From NCBI GenBank assembly GCA_963693055.1, contig OY843751.1:3616001-3680000 (forward strand): DNA of 64,000 bases. The letters are read 5' to 3'. Position 1 is the first letter of the stretch; each line of letters begins with the position of its first letter. The stretch comes from a bacterium. GTDB lineage: Bacteria; Zhuqueibacterota; Zhuqueibacteria; Residuimicrobiales; Krinioviventaceae. Positions 19,495 through 29,723 of the stretch are shown here, piece after piece. The notes beneath the pieces were generated by a model. That model searched no databases, was not told where the DNA came from, and saw nothing but the letters and a program-made list of their open reading frames with translations. A program made the translations under genes and the position numbers.

Positions 19495-21258
19495 TTAACG
19501 TTTTAAAAGTAACTTTGCTGCCTGAATAAACAACAACACAGAAACCATCACAAGTAATCCCCCAACAATAACCAGCAAAAAATTACCTTTATGATAATTT
19601 TGCACTATCAAGGTAAACAGACCGGATATAGTTATAATATACATAAAAAACATGGGGATTTTGGTAAACCAGTTTGGGCGGCTGATATTGGCCAACCAAG
19701 CGGTTACAGCAAGCAGTGCCAATGAAGCCAGTAATTGATTAGCAGATCCAAAAATGGGCCAAATTGCACCGGAAGAACCAGAAAAAATAAAAACAGCACT
19801 CAATATTACGGTAACAACAGTACCGATATATCGATTGGTGGAAAGAATTGATTTTTTTTCTTTATTGTTATCAAAAAATTCCTGAAAGGTAAAGCGTGCC
19901 AAACGGGTACAGGTATCGAGTGTGGTTAATGCAAAAGCAGAAACCGCTAATCCTGAAAAAGTTATTGCGCTGTTTTGCTGAATACCCAACAATGGAATTT
20001 TTGAGATAAATTTACCTACTCCCATAGAAAACATTGCAATAAAATCTCCATTAGCAAAAAGAGAATTGTAATTCCCTTTCAGCATGGTTGCCGCTGCCAT
20101 AAGCGCCAAAATAGCCAACAAGGATTCTATCAGCATTCCACCATAACCAATAATTTTGGCATCTGTTTCATTATTTAATTGTTTGGCAGTAGTTCCGCTT
20201 GCAACCAGTGAGTGAAAACCAGAAATAGCACCACATGCTACAGTCACAAACAAAACCGGAAACAAGTAACCAATATCTGTTTTAAAATGTGTAAACGCGG
20301 GTAAAGCAACATGGGCATTTGCAAAGAATAACCCTCCTACCCCGCCAATTAACAATGCGTATAATAAAAAAGAATTTAAATAATCACGGGGCTGCAACAA
20401 AATCCACACAGGAGTTACAGCAGCAATCATTACATAGCACAATAGTATAAATACCCACAAACGTTGGCTTTTGGTTTCGGCGGTTGTTACATCAGCAACA
20501 ATTGATTTATATTCAACATCAGTTAATACCTGTTTAATCTTGGCAGGACTTGAAATATCTTGAACTAAACCATTCATTTTCAAATCATTCAAAGTCTTGA
20601 CAGTTTCAGGTGAAACAAACTTTTCATACACCACCATGGGATACAATTGTCCCAAATAAATACTGAAAAAAAGCAGCAAAATCCCTAAAACAGATGCGGG
20701 CACCAAAGGTAAACGAGATCTATATATAGCCAATCCAAAAACAACTGCAACAATGATAAACAAAACAGATGATGTAGCTACTGAAGGTACCGTAACAAAA
20801 GTGGTTGCCACAATCTTGCAAAAAACTGCAATAACAAGTATCATAGTCAGATACGCAAACAGCATAAAAAGCAGCTTGCCCCGTGTGCCCAAATATTTTT
20901 CAATAATCTTGCCAATGGACACACCTTTATGTCGGGTAGATGCAATCATGGAAGTCATATCATGAACGCCTCCCATAAAAACACCACCCACAATAATCCA
21001 TAAATACACCGGCATCCAACCAAAAGCAGAACCAATAATGGGACCTAATATAGGTCCGGCTCCGGCTATAGATGCAAAATGGTGACCCAGCAAAACTGGT
21101 GTTTTAGCAGGCACATAATCTACCCCATCATTTAATTCGTGCGCAGGTGTAACAGTTTTGGGATCAATTTCCAATTTATTTGCGAGGTATCTTCCATATG
21201 TGAGATATGCAACAAAAAATAGAATTAATCCTGCAACAACAAGAATAACAGCATTCAT
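19495..21258 (-). CDS. cstA: Carbon starvation protein A family transporter
   Basis: TPAH..DGVDYVP, GHHFASIAGAGPILGP, LLQPRDYL, ACGAISGFHSL, FGSANQLLA. Confidence 0.95.
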   Translation of the reverse strand: MNAVILVVAGLILFFVAYLTYGRYLANKLEIDPKTVTPAHELNDGVDYVPAKTPVLLGHHFASIAGAGPILGPIIGSAFGWMPVYLWIIVGGVFMGGVHDMTSMIASTRHKGVSIGKIIEKYLGTRGKLLFMLFAYLTMILVIAVFCKIVATTFVTVPSVATSSVLFIIVAVVFGLAIYRSRLPLVPASVLGILLLFFSIYLGQLYPMVVYEKFVSPETVKTLNDLKMNGLVQDISSPAKIKQVLTDVEYKSIVADVTTAETKSQRLWVFILLCYVMIAAVTPVWILLQPRDYLNSFLLYALLIGGVGGLFFANAHVALPAFTHFKTDIGYLFPVLFVTVACGAISGFHSLVASGTTAKQLNNETDAKIIGYGGMLIESLLAILALMAAATMLKGNYNSLFANGDFIAMFSMGVGKFISKIPLLGIQQNSAITFSGLAVSAFALTTLDTCTRLARFTFQEFFDNNKEKKSILSTNRYIGTVVTVILSAVFIFSGSSGAIWPIFGSANQLLASLALLAVTAWLANISRPNWFTKIPMFFMYIITISGLFTLIVQNYHKGNFLLVIVGGLLVMVSVLLFIQAAKLLLKR

Positions 21259-21315
21259 ACCGGCATCCTGACTAATTAATTATTATAATTTAGCAATTTC
21301 ACTCACTTTTACAAA

Positions 21316-21686
21316 ATGAAAAAAGATAAATGCTCAACATTAACTTTACTTGTTTTAATACCAGATTGCCCAAGCTGGATTATGAAAAAATATTAAAAAA
21401 CCTCTCACAAACTGCCGGCAAACATTATAAAATATCATGCACTGCATTTGAAAGATATTTAAAAAATGCGGAATTTTATGGCTTTGAATACAAAGTTGCC
21501 TTGGAAATTAAAAATCACAAAATCATCAAGGTAGATATTATTAATAATCAGGATAACAATTATGCGCATTACGCGGAAGGAGTAAAATATAAAATCAAAA
21601 AAGCCGGCAACATAAATAAAGATGGTATTACCGGTGCTACAACTATAAGCAAGTGTCTATTAAAAGCAGCAGAAAATGCTTTTTAA
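21316..21686 (+). pseudogene. FMN-binding-domain protein, probably frameshifted or degenerate
   Basis: ORF 21330-21686 ends in an FMN_bind-like DGITGATTISK motif but has no signal peptide. A signal-like MKKDKCSTLTLLVLIPDC starts at 21316 in a different frame. Confidence 0.45.
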
Positions 21687-21699
21687 AAGTCCCCCTGAT

Positions 21700-22623
21700 T
21701 TAGGTCATAATATTATAAACAATTTCCTTGATATCATTCAGGTTCTTATCCAATAAACCCAGATGAATGCTGTTATCCAGTGTTTCATCCTGAAAATGTT
21801 CATTACGGATAATTTCCCAGGCATAATCCATTTCAATATCAATCTTGTTTTCTTCGCTAATCACCAAACCCAGGTCATGGTTCTGGCAGTATACTCCCGC
21901 CAAATGCACTATTGCAACCAGAGTTCGTTCGTAGATAGCGGTTTCCGGACGATGATGTCTTGCAACCACATGAGCAATTTCGCCAAAGAAATTCCACTGT
22001 TCCAATAACCAGGGACCAAAATCCGTATGACTTATACCAAAAATCTTATTTTCAGCTTGTTCAAAATTACAGTTTTCCTGTTCTACAGTTTGTAATACTT
22101 TGACATAATCATCAGAAAAATTATGGATCAAAATAATTTCACCAATATCATGTAGTAATCCTGCAAGGTAGGCACGTTCAAAATCTTTGTATTTTATACT
22201 CTTTGCAAGCAGTTTACTTACAACCGCCGTAGCAAATGAAAACTGCCAAAAAGATTTAAGTATTTTTGAATTTTTTCCGCTTGAAAATGTATTCATTAAT
22301 GTCGTTGTCAATACAACATTTTTAACTTCTTTGATCCCCAGATAAACCAAAGCCTCACGCAAAGACTCGACCTTACGCCCTAAACCAAAATAGACAGAAT
22401 TGACAATCTTGACCATCTTTGCAGTTAATACCTGGTCCATCATGATCAAATCAATCAATTCATCAATAGAAAAATCCGGATTTTTGGCCTGCTCAAGGAT
22501 CTTGATTGCAAGTGGTGGCAATACCGGAAGATCATCTATTTTGTCCAAAAAAGCCAGCAACCGTTTGTCTTTGGTGCCTTGATTATTCTGTACTTCTGAC
22601 TTTTTCACATCCTCGGCTAACAC
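21700..22623 (-). CDS. HDOD-domain protein
   Basis: LPVLPP, DQVLTAKMVKIVNS.YFG, AYLAGLLHDIG, FGISH...G..LLEQWNF and HH. GTG start with AGGAG upstream. Confidence 0.9.
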   Translation of the reverse strand: MLAEDVKKSEVQNNQGTKDKRLLAFLDKIDDLPVLPPLAIKILEQAKNPDFSIDELIDLIMMDQVLTAKMVKIVNSVYFGLGRKVESLREALVYLGIKEVKNVVLTTTLMNTFSSGKNSKILKSFWQFSFATAVVSKLLAKSIKYKDFERAYLAGLLHDIGEIILIHNFSDDYVKVLQTVEQENCNFEQAENKIFGISHTDFGPWLLEQWNFFGEIAHVVARHHRPETAIYERTLVAIVHLAGVYCQNHDLGLVISEENKIDIEMDYAWEIIRNEHFQDETLDNSIHLGLLDKNLNDIKEIVYNIMT

Positions 22624-22646
22624 AGTTTTCTCCTTTTATCCATATA

Positions 22647-23924
22647 TCAATCATACCATGCAATTTTTCTTAACGCGAGCAACATTGGGAAATGCGGGGG
22701 TTTCATATCTTTTAATCTTGGGTCCCAATGATAATTTTTTAAATATCCTTTATGCGGGCTTCCCAATTGTCCTACTGCACCACGAGCATATTGTATCAAC
22801 CCACCATACAATCTCAAATATCCATAAGTTTGGGCAGAATAATTTTCCACATAAAAATTACGTTCATAGGTATATGTTGTAGGATTCATGCACATGATTG
22901 TCGCCTGAATTGTTCTGTCTGCAAGATAATGATTATCTGCAACTGCTACATCTTTGGTTGCAACAAGGCCAATCATATCTTGTGAAGTTGGGTTTGTTGC
23001 AGGATTGTCATTACAAATCAAATCATCTATCACACGAATCTTGCCCTCAGACGCTACAGTCACCTGGCCACTCACTGTACCTTCAACATTTACTATAGTG
23101 TTTATAGGATCACTGGAAAATCTTGTATATATCACTCCGTTTGTACCAGAAAGATTATAACTTGTATATTCAGCGGCAGTTGGTGGTGTTGATACATTTT
23201 TAGCACAAATCAAAGCCGTTGAATCGCTTTGAAAATCTATCCAGACATATTTGGCATTGAAATAAAGCCCACCCGTTACACCTGCATTCGCAACATCTGA
23301 AGGAATAGATGAGGGCATTTGCAACTCGGGTACTTTCCATTCTGAACCAGCATTAAAAACCGGATTTGTGGACGAATAATATTTTTGATAAGGTGAATAG
23401 GCACTATACACACGGTGACTGGTCACTTTACCCATAAAAACTGCCTGATTTCCAGTATAACCACTTATTCTGAAATAATCATTGGTATGTGTAGGACCAA
23501 ACAAGGTATCTCCACCGGCGAACCAGATATTACCTTCAGTATTGGTAAAATATGCAAACCTTGAAAATGAAGGCCGTGTTAACAATACTGCAACCGTATC
23601 ATACGCCCCCATATATTGACCAATGGCAGTTACACGAACCATAGTCGGTCCCAAATTGGGATCCTCGGTTTGTCGTTCATATTTATATGAATAACTTCCG
23701 TTCGCCCAACTTTCATAACTAACACCATCTGTCCTTTCAATATCCAGCATTAATTCATTTAGCGCAGCATTAGCTCCGCTGTTGGCTATATTACGCAGTA
23801 CAATTTCACTATAATTGTCAATATAGGTTGACATTCCCTGCCGCACAGCGCCCTGGGTTTGCATACGAACAAACATGACACTGATCATCAACCCCAACAC
23901 CAATATTATTGAATATTTTCCCAT
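22647..23924 (-). CDS. PilX/GspK-like large minor pilin, leaderless
   Basis: N-terminal hydrophobic helix MGKYSIILVLGLMISV followed by IANSGANAAL (PilX-like), and C-terminal GYLKNYHWDPRL...PPHFP. Sits in the pil locus. Confidence 0.65.
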   Translation of the reverse strand: MGKYSIILVLGLMISVMFVRMQTQGAVRQGMSTYIDNYSEIVLRNIANSGANAALNELMLDIERTDGVSYESWANGSYSYKYERQTEDPNLGPTMVRVTAIGQYMGAYDTVAVLLTRPSFSRFAYFTNTEGNIWFAGGDTLFGPTHTNDYFRISGYTGNQAVFMGKVTSHRVYSAYSPYQKYYSSTNPVFNAGSEWKVPELQMPSSIPSDVANAGVTGGLYFNAKYVWIDFQSDSTALICAKNVSTPPTAAEYTSYNLSGTNGVIYTRFSSDPINTIVNVEGTVSGQVTVASEGKIRVIDDLICNDNPATNPTSQDMIGLVATKDVAVADNHYLADRTIQATIMCMNPTTYTYERNFYVENYSAQTYGYLRLYGGLIQYARGAVGQLGSPHKGYLKNYHWDPRLKDMKPPHFPMLLALRKIAWYD

Positions 23925-23944
23925 GTCAAACCTCTACTAAAAGA

Positions 23945-24541
23945 TTATTCACCCAAAAGATTTTTGGGTGTTATACGGGTAACGAACATAAATTTAGAAT
24001 ATTCTCCTTTAAAAGGTTCCCGGCTCTCAATACGATATGCAACACGAATTGATCGAATTCTGGACAAGGAATCTGCAACAACAGGTGTAGACAATTCTGT
24101 TCCTTGTCTGTTATAATAACGAAGACGAAAACGTGTTAATCCCAGACAATAACCATCATGATTTGAATTATTGACTTTTCTCAACAATTTTTTATCATTC
24201 GGATTGGGGGAAGCAGTATCATCTCCAAACAAATAATATTCAACTTGAACAGAATCTGAAGTATGTACGCCCAGTACAGCACGTGGATTGGTATTATATG
24301 AAAATCGAATTCGGCTTGTATCTGCAAGGGATATTGCATTATCAGGATCAGACAAACAGTGCCCTATTTTTCTAAAATCATAACTTACAATATCATTTAA
24401 AACGCTCATATTATCCTGGGTCCGGATATCCTGCTGCAAAAATATTGAACTCGCTTTTACATTAGAATCCACCTGAATAATTATCAATATCAACATTCCG
24501 GCAATAATCAGAGATGTTATAATATCCATCATACTATTCAT
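23945..24541 (-). CDS. PilW/GspJ-like minor pilin, leaderless
   Basis: MNSMMDIITSLIIAGMLILIII helix, then DFRKIG (PilW-like D.R.AG), F.L.YY and C-terminal ITPKNL. Confidence 0.65.
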   Translation of the reverse strand: MNSMMDIITSLIIAGMLILIIIQVDSNVKASSIFLQQDIRTQDNMSVLNDIVSYDFRKIGHCLSDPDNAISLADTSRIRFSYNTNPRAVLGVHTSDSVQVEYYLFGDDTASPNPNDKKLLRKVNNSNHDGYCLGLTRFRLRYYNRQGTELSTPVVADSLSRIRSIRVAYRIESREPFKGEYSKFMFVTRITPKNLLGE

Positions 24542-24552
24542 AATTTATCCTC

Positions 24553-25056
24553 TTATTCGGTAAAGAAATAATGATACGCGTACAATTTTCTCAAAATGAC
24601 TTGTCCGTCCAAAGCTCCGGAAAACGCATCTGAATCGATCGTCACGGATATTTCTTTATAGTAGGATTGAGTAGATATCTGTCGGTAATCATTATCCGGA
24701 TCCACATAATGAACAGAAATATTTATAGTAAATGGGATCGAGTTTGACAAACTGTCTGTTACTGAAAATCCATTAAAATCATCTACATCATCAAAATTTC
24801 CATATGACTCACCACTGTCTGGCCCCAGATCTCCGGGTTCCGTATAGGATGCAATGGCCTGTGCCGAATTATCTTCGTCAAACCTTAGATTTTCAGCCTC
24901 TTCAATATAGAGCTGCGCTTGTCCTATTGCTTCCAATACCTGTTCACTGTGATATATAACTGTATGATCATAAACCATGTGCGAATTCAATGTCAAAGAA
25001 AACAGCGAGAGCAGCATTAGCGCACCAATTGTTAAAATTGTTTCTGATGTGCCCAT
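24553..25056 (-). CDS. PilV/MshD-like minor pilin, leaderless
   Basis: MGTSETILTIGALMLLSLF with Glu at residue 5, A...A...IEEA, and FDDVDDFNG (MshD-like). Confidence 0.65.
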   Translation of the reverse strand: MGTSETILTIGALMLLSLFSLTLNSHMVYDHTVIYHSEQVLEAIGQAQLYIEEAENLRFDEDNSAQAIASYTEPGDLGPDSGESYGNFDDVDDFNGFSVTDSLSNSIPFTINISVHYVDPDNDYRQISTQSYYKEISVTIDSDAFSGALDGQVILRKLYAYHYFFTE

Positions 25057-25070
25057 AATAATAACCTCAC

Positions 25071-27944
25071 TTACTCACCATACCCATCAAATGTCATATT
25101 AATATATACTGTGGTACTTGTTGTACCGTTTGGACTATCAAGAGCTACTGTTACTTCCGCAAGACCAGGATCATCAATTACAGGATCCATATTATTCAGC
25201 AAATTGATCTGAAAATATGTTGAACCACTGCCATATTTTTCAGCCTCAGCCATGAGTGATGTTGCGTTCAACTTGCCTTTAGAGGTCGATGCATTTAATT
25301 TCGAACCTCTTGCTACAGGGTTACCATTGATATCATAAACTTTGATATCTATAGTAGCAACTTGTCCCCAATTCAGCTCGTCTGTGTCTGAAACCACTTC
25401 AAATTTCAACAAGGGGCCGCTAAAGATAACCGCACCGGTAGTAAATACCGTAATTGAAGAATCGGAAGCGCCTGTCTCATGGTAATATTGATCACAACCG
25501 CGGGTTGTAGCCAAAACATATGCCACACCATCATTTTCATCATAGGTATTCATTGTGTTCAACACTTCTGAAAACTCAAAATCAGGTACAGTAATGGGAA
25601 GCATTATATTCCTGTCATTGGGATTCGGAATTCTATGCGGTGCCAGAACATACGGATCTGATGGATTAAGAACTGGACGTGGATTCGCGCTAATCAATGT
25701 AGCTGAACCAATTCCATAAGCATCTGTCATAACATCTGTTGTTATAATACCTGCTGTTGAAGTCAGATAAACCGTGGTTCCCTCCTCAACAGGGTTATTA
25801 TACCGGTCACCAACATAAACCGTTACATTATAATCTCTAACGTTGTTCCAGCCATCCTGGTTGATGTAATCAAACGCAAGGGTCATATGGGGCTCAACAT
25901 GATTTTTATCAGCCGGATCAACCCACATGTATGGAGGACCAGAACGGATAACCACATTGGTGGTTCTTGCGGATATATTATAATCATCATCAAGCACTTC
26001 AGCTTCAACGCGTACCGTTCCGGAATGGGTACCCGAGCGCAGGGTAACAGTTGCCTCACCATTGATCGTCTTGATGGGTGAAGAAACAAAGCCTGAAGGA
26101 TCGTTTGATGGTAATATCTGTTCACCACCACCGGGTCCACTTAAAATCCGGAATTGTACCATCACATCACTTGAAAGCGGAGTTCCGGTTTGAGATAATA
26201 ATGTTGCAGTCAAGGTAGTTTGTTCCAGATTACCGGTTTCTTTAACCCAAATAAAACTCGGTTCTGCATCAAGCAGGAACGAAGTTGCTTTTTCAGGTGC
26301 AAAAATAATTGGAATGGATTTCACCAGACCACCATAAACCACATTTACTTCTGCAATACCAGATTGGGTTTCAGAAACCAACTCAACACTTGCTGCACCC
26401 AGTGAATTGGTTGTCGCAATATTGGGAATTGATCCCAAACTTGAATTAAAATTGATCGTTGCGTTGGAAATGACCTCTTTAGAAGTCGTTTGTTTTAATT
26501 GAACAGTAATAACCGTTTTAGAGTTGCCATCTGCCTGAATTGAATCGGCACTTGCAGATACTTGCATACTGACACCCTTTAACTCCATTGGCAATTGATT
26601 TGTAACACTGCCAAAGGTTGCGGTAATAATATCACTTGCATCAACGGTATCGGCATCTGCTTCATAAGTTACATTCGCAATACCATACTCGTCGGTCACG
26701 GCTACACTGTCTACATACCCGTAATTTGAATAAAAACGAATTTTTGTATTGGTTATTGGATTTTGTTGATTATCCAATATTTTAGCGGTAATACCCACCT
26801 TGTCCAATCCATTTCGAATTACCGATTGATTTTCAGCTTTTAAATCAAAAAGACTTTCACCTGCAGATTCAATAAAGGAAACCTGAGCGGTATCTATTAA
26901 TCCATTGAATGTTGCAATAACCTGAACATTTTCATTTATTTCGCTTCCACTAACCAGCTCAGCAATAGCATCACCTTTGTTATTGGTGTATGCTTTGGCT
27001 GTAATAGAACCATCTGTCGTTGTGAATTCTACTTCTGCTCCAATAATGGGGTTATTTTTATGTGTAAGTAACCGGGCAGTCATATACAAAGAAGACCGTC
27101 CACCGGCAGATATTTGCGCTTCTTTGGGAAGCAATTCTAAACTGGGTAAAATATATGAAATAGGAAGTGCAATACTTTCAAACGCACCATACTCTACAAA
27201 CAATGTATCAACCATTTCTTTTGTCATAGAGAGCACATTAACAGTTGCAACACCTTCATTATCAGTCAGAACATATTGAGGTACAGTGTTTTCTAATGCA
27301 CGTAGATAAATATATGAACTGCTAACTGCTTTTTTACTTGTTGTCTCTTTAACCACAACCCTGAGTTCGGATGAATTGATACCATCTGCCGGAACCTCGG
27401 TGTGGCTCAAAGTTGCGTTAAACTGAACACCAATAAACTGGAAATTGATTTTTGAGGTTACAGTAACTTCACCATCTGCTGTTGTCTTTTTCAGACTTTT
27501 ACCCTCTGCATTTTTAACCGTAAGGCTGACAGTATAGGGTTTAACAACTTTCTTTGACAGTTCAGTACTGTCTAGCAAAGATGTTGTTACAGTTACTGCA
27601 ATATCTTGTTCACTGGCTACACTGGTTAAAACAGCATACGCTTCACCATAATAATTGGTGACTGCAGATCTTGTTATTGTACCATGTGTTGTACGAAAAT
27701 TAACCCGCACACCAGATGCAGAATAACCACTGGTATCATTTACGATTGCAACCAGTGTAACATTTGATACACCATCAGCAATCAACACGGGATCTTCAGT
27801 ATCCATGTTTACTTGTTCAATTGTATTGGGACCCGTAACTTTATCTTCATCTTGATCACATTGCACAAGCATAAAGCTAATCAGGAACCAGGCCGCTATA
27901 TATAAAAGTTTATGTAATTTCATCTCGAAAACCTGTACATTCAT
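25071..27944 (-). CDS. Invasin/intimin-type Ig (Big_1) repeat lipoprotein
   Basis: Lipobox LVQC (likely start 27923). Repeated ADG.S...V.F.TT.G......T...G.A...L.S units. Confidence 0.75.
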   Translation of the reverse strand: MNVQVFEMKLHKLLYIAAWFLISFMLVQCDQDEDKVTGPNTIEQVNMDTEDPVLIADGVSNVTLVAIVNDTSGYSASGVRVNFRTTHGTITRSAVTNYYGEAYAVLTSVASEQDIAVTVTTSLLDSTELSKKVVKPYTVSLTVKNAEGKSLKKTTADGEVTVTSKINFQFIGVQFNATLSHTEVPADGINSSELRVVVKETTSKKAVSSSYIYLRALENTVPQYVLTDNEGVATVNVLSMTKEMVDTLFVEYGAFESIALPISYILPSLELLPKEAQISAGGRSSLYMTARLLTHKNNPIIGAEVEFTTTDGSITAKAYTNNKGDAIAELVSGSEINENVQVIATFNGLIDTAQVSFIESAGESLFDLKAENQSVIRNGLDKVGITAKILDNQQNPITNTKIRFYSNYGYVDSVAVTDEYGIANVTYEADADTVDASDIITATFGSVTNQLPMELKGVSMQVSASADSIQADGNSKTVITVQLKQTTSKEVISNATINFNSSLGSIPNIATTNSLGAASVELVSETQSGIAEVNVVYGGLVKSIPIIFAPEKATSFLLDAEPSFIWVKETGNLEQTTLTATLLSQTGTPLSSDVMVQFRILSGPGGGEQILPSNDPSGFVSSPIKTINGEATVTLRSGTHSGTVRVEAEVLDDDYNISARTTNVVIRSGPPYMWVDPADKNHVEPHMTLAFDYINQDGWNNVRDYNVTVYVGDRYNNPVEEGTTVYLTSTAGIITTDVMTDAYGIGSATLISANPRPVLNPSDPYVLAPHRIPNPNDRNIMLPITVPDFEFSEVLNTMNTYDENDGVAYVLATTRGCDQYYHETGASDSSITVFTTGAVIFSGPLLKFEVVSDTDELNWGQVATIDIKVYDINGNPVARGSKLNASTSKGKLNATSLMAEAEKYGSGSTYFQINLLNNMDPVIDDPGLAEVTVALDSPNGTTSTTVYINMTFDGYGE

Positions 27945-27946
27945 TA

Positions 27947-29713
27947 TTAAACGTTTGAACTGAATTTTACCACAACCATGTCGCCTGGCCGTATTGCGCC
28001 TTGAATTCGGCGACCAATGGATCGTTCATATTTTGTTTCCCTGATCAACACATTCCCAACATTGAGTGGTTTATCACTACCATTTGACCGTATTACTGAA
28101 AACCGTTTACCATTCAGCTTGTCAGTATTAAAGTCTCCCTGCCATTTGATCAAAATTATATTATCATCGACCTCTACAATCTGTCCCAGAAAATAGTTCT
28201 TTTTTGCATCAGCAGTTTGAACAGAACTTTGTGAAGCAGATTTGGGAACTGATACTATTTTTTTCTGAACAGGTGCTCTTGATGTTTGTGGTCTCGCGGT
28301 TTGCGCACTTGCTGTTTGTGTTCTCGTTGATTGTGATCTCGCTATTTGTGTGCTAGCTGCTTGAGTCGTTGCACGCGGAGTTGTCTTTACCGGAGTTGTT
28401 CGTTTGTTATAAACGGGTTTGGTTTCAACAACCGATGCACTGCGGGGCTGCTGTACAATTCTGTTACTTTCGATCGCCTGGTGTTGAACCTGCTTTTGTA
28501 TAGGAGGCGCAGAGTAAACAGAACGAATTTGTTTTTCAGGACGTACGGGTTCAATATCACCACGCTGATAGGGCCTTACTTTTAATTCAGCATCATCATC
28601 CCAATAGTCCTGATTTACAGGCAAGTCCTTACGATCAAAAACACTCGGCAGAATAGTTGCCTTGATAATTATGATCAACTCTTTTTGACTTACTTCTTCA
28701 CGATTATAGCCAAAAATATAAGACAAACCGAAAAACCATCCCGGCAAGTCTTTAATGATAGGAACGCCTTTGCGTAAAGAATTTTTCTCAGTATTATATA
28801 AACCTGCAATAATGGTTTCTTCACCATCAAATAGTTGAATATATGAATCTGCTTCTGATTTTTTCACAATAGTACTAACCGCGTCAGGAGCGGCCTGACT
28901 ACGTTCAACATGTACTTTTAAAACAATTGCGTGACTATCATCTTTATCTTGAAGAAGATAGGGAGTAACTTCCATAATTGTACCGGTGCTGAAGAATCGA
29001 TCAATAACATTTCCTGCAAAGTCTGTGGTTTTAATTGAAAAATCTTCACCAACCTGAATTTTTCCTTCATTACCTTGTGTAACAACAACTTGTGGCTGCG
29101 CTAGTACTTTACCAATATTTCTACTATCAAAAATACTGAATAGTGCTCTTACATCAATATCATATGATTCTGATGAGGTAATTTCAAAATTCAAAAAACT
29201 ATCAGTAATAGATGAAGAACCCAGCTGGTCTCCGGAAACTTTGACAGAACCATTATAAAATGTGCTCCAGTCAATACCTATCTCAGAGATAGCCGTTCTG
29301 TCACCTTCAAAAAATATAGTCTCAATCTTTATTTCACGGCTGCCAAGCTTCACATTAATATCATCATCTCCGCTGCCTTTTGATGCAGAAGGTACAACAA
29401 TTTGCAGAAAATGATCCATCTCATCGTACCATAAACCACGTGAACTCAGAATGATCTGCAACGCTTTTTCCCATTGCATTCCATTGATATCCACTCCAAT
29501 TGGCCCCTGCTGTTTTGTGGGATCAAATATGGGCTTGTTTGTAAAAGTGATCGAGTATTCGCTCAGTATACTCATCGCGTCTTGAAATTCCAGCTGGCCG
29601 TTTATTGAACACATTTCCGCCGGTGGCACAAGTTCACGGGGCATACGTTCTCTGGTTAAACCGGGCAGGGTTAATAACGCAATGATTAAACAAATATTTC
29701 TAATTCTTTTCAT
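27947..29713 (-). CDS. pilQ: Secretin (PilQ/GspD family) with long C-terminal extension
   Basis: GIDW, LAQPQVVV..G.EGKIQVG, TG..MEVTP, DGEETIIAGL, KGVPIIKDLP, ELIIII.ATI. Confidence 0.85.
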   Translation of the reverse strand: MKRIRNICLIIALLTLPGLTRERMPRELVPPAEMCSINGQLEFQDAMSILSEYSITFTNKPIFDPTKQQGPIGVDINGMQWEKALQIILSSRGLWYDEMDHFLQIVVPSASKGSGDDDINVKLGSREIKIETIFFEGDRTAISEIGIDWSTFYNGSVKVSGDQLGSSSITDSFLNFEITSSESYDIDVRALFSIFDSRNIGKVLAQPQVVVTQGNEGKIQVGEDFSIKTTDFAGNVIDRFFSTGTIMEVTPYLLQDKDDSHAIVLKVHVERSQAAPDAVSTIVKKSEADSYIQLFDGEETIIAGLYNTEKNSLRKGVPIIKDLPGWFFGLSYIFGYNREEVSQKELIIIIKATILPSVFDRKDLPVNQDYWDDDAELKVRPYQRGDIEPVRPEKQIRSVYSAPPIQKQVQHQAIESNRIVQQPRSASVVETKPVYNKRTTPVKTTPRATTQAASTQIARSQSTRTQTASAQTARPQTSRAPVQKKIVSVPKSASQSSVQTADAKKNYFLGQIVEVDDNIILIKWQGDFNTDKLNGKRFSVIRSNGSDKPLNVGNVLIRETKYERSIGRRIQGAIRPGDMVVVKFSSNV

Positions 29714-29723
29714 GGTGTACCAC

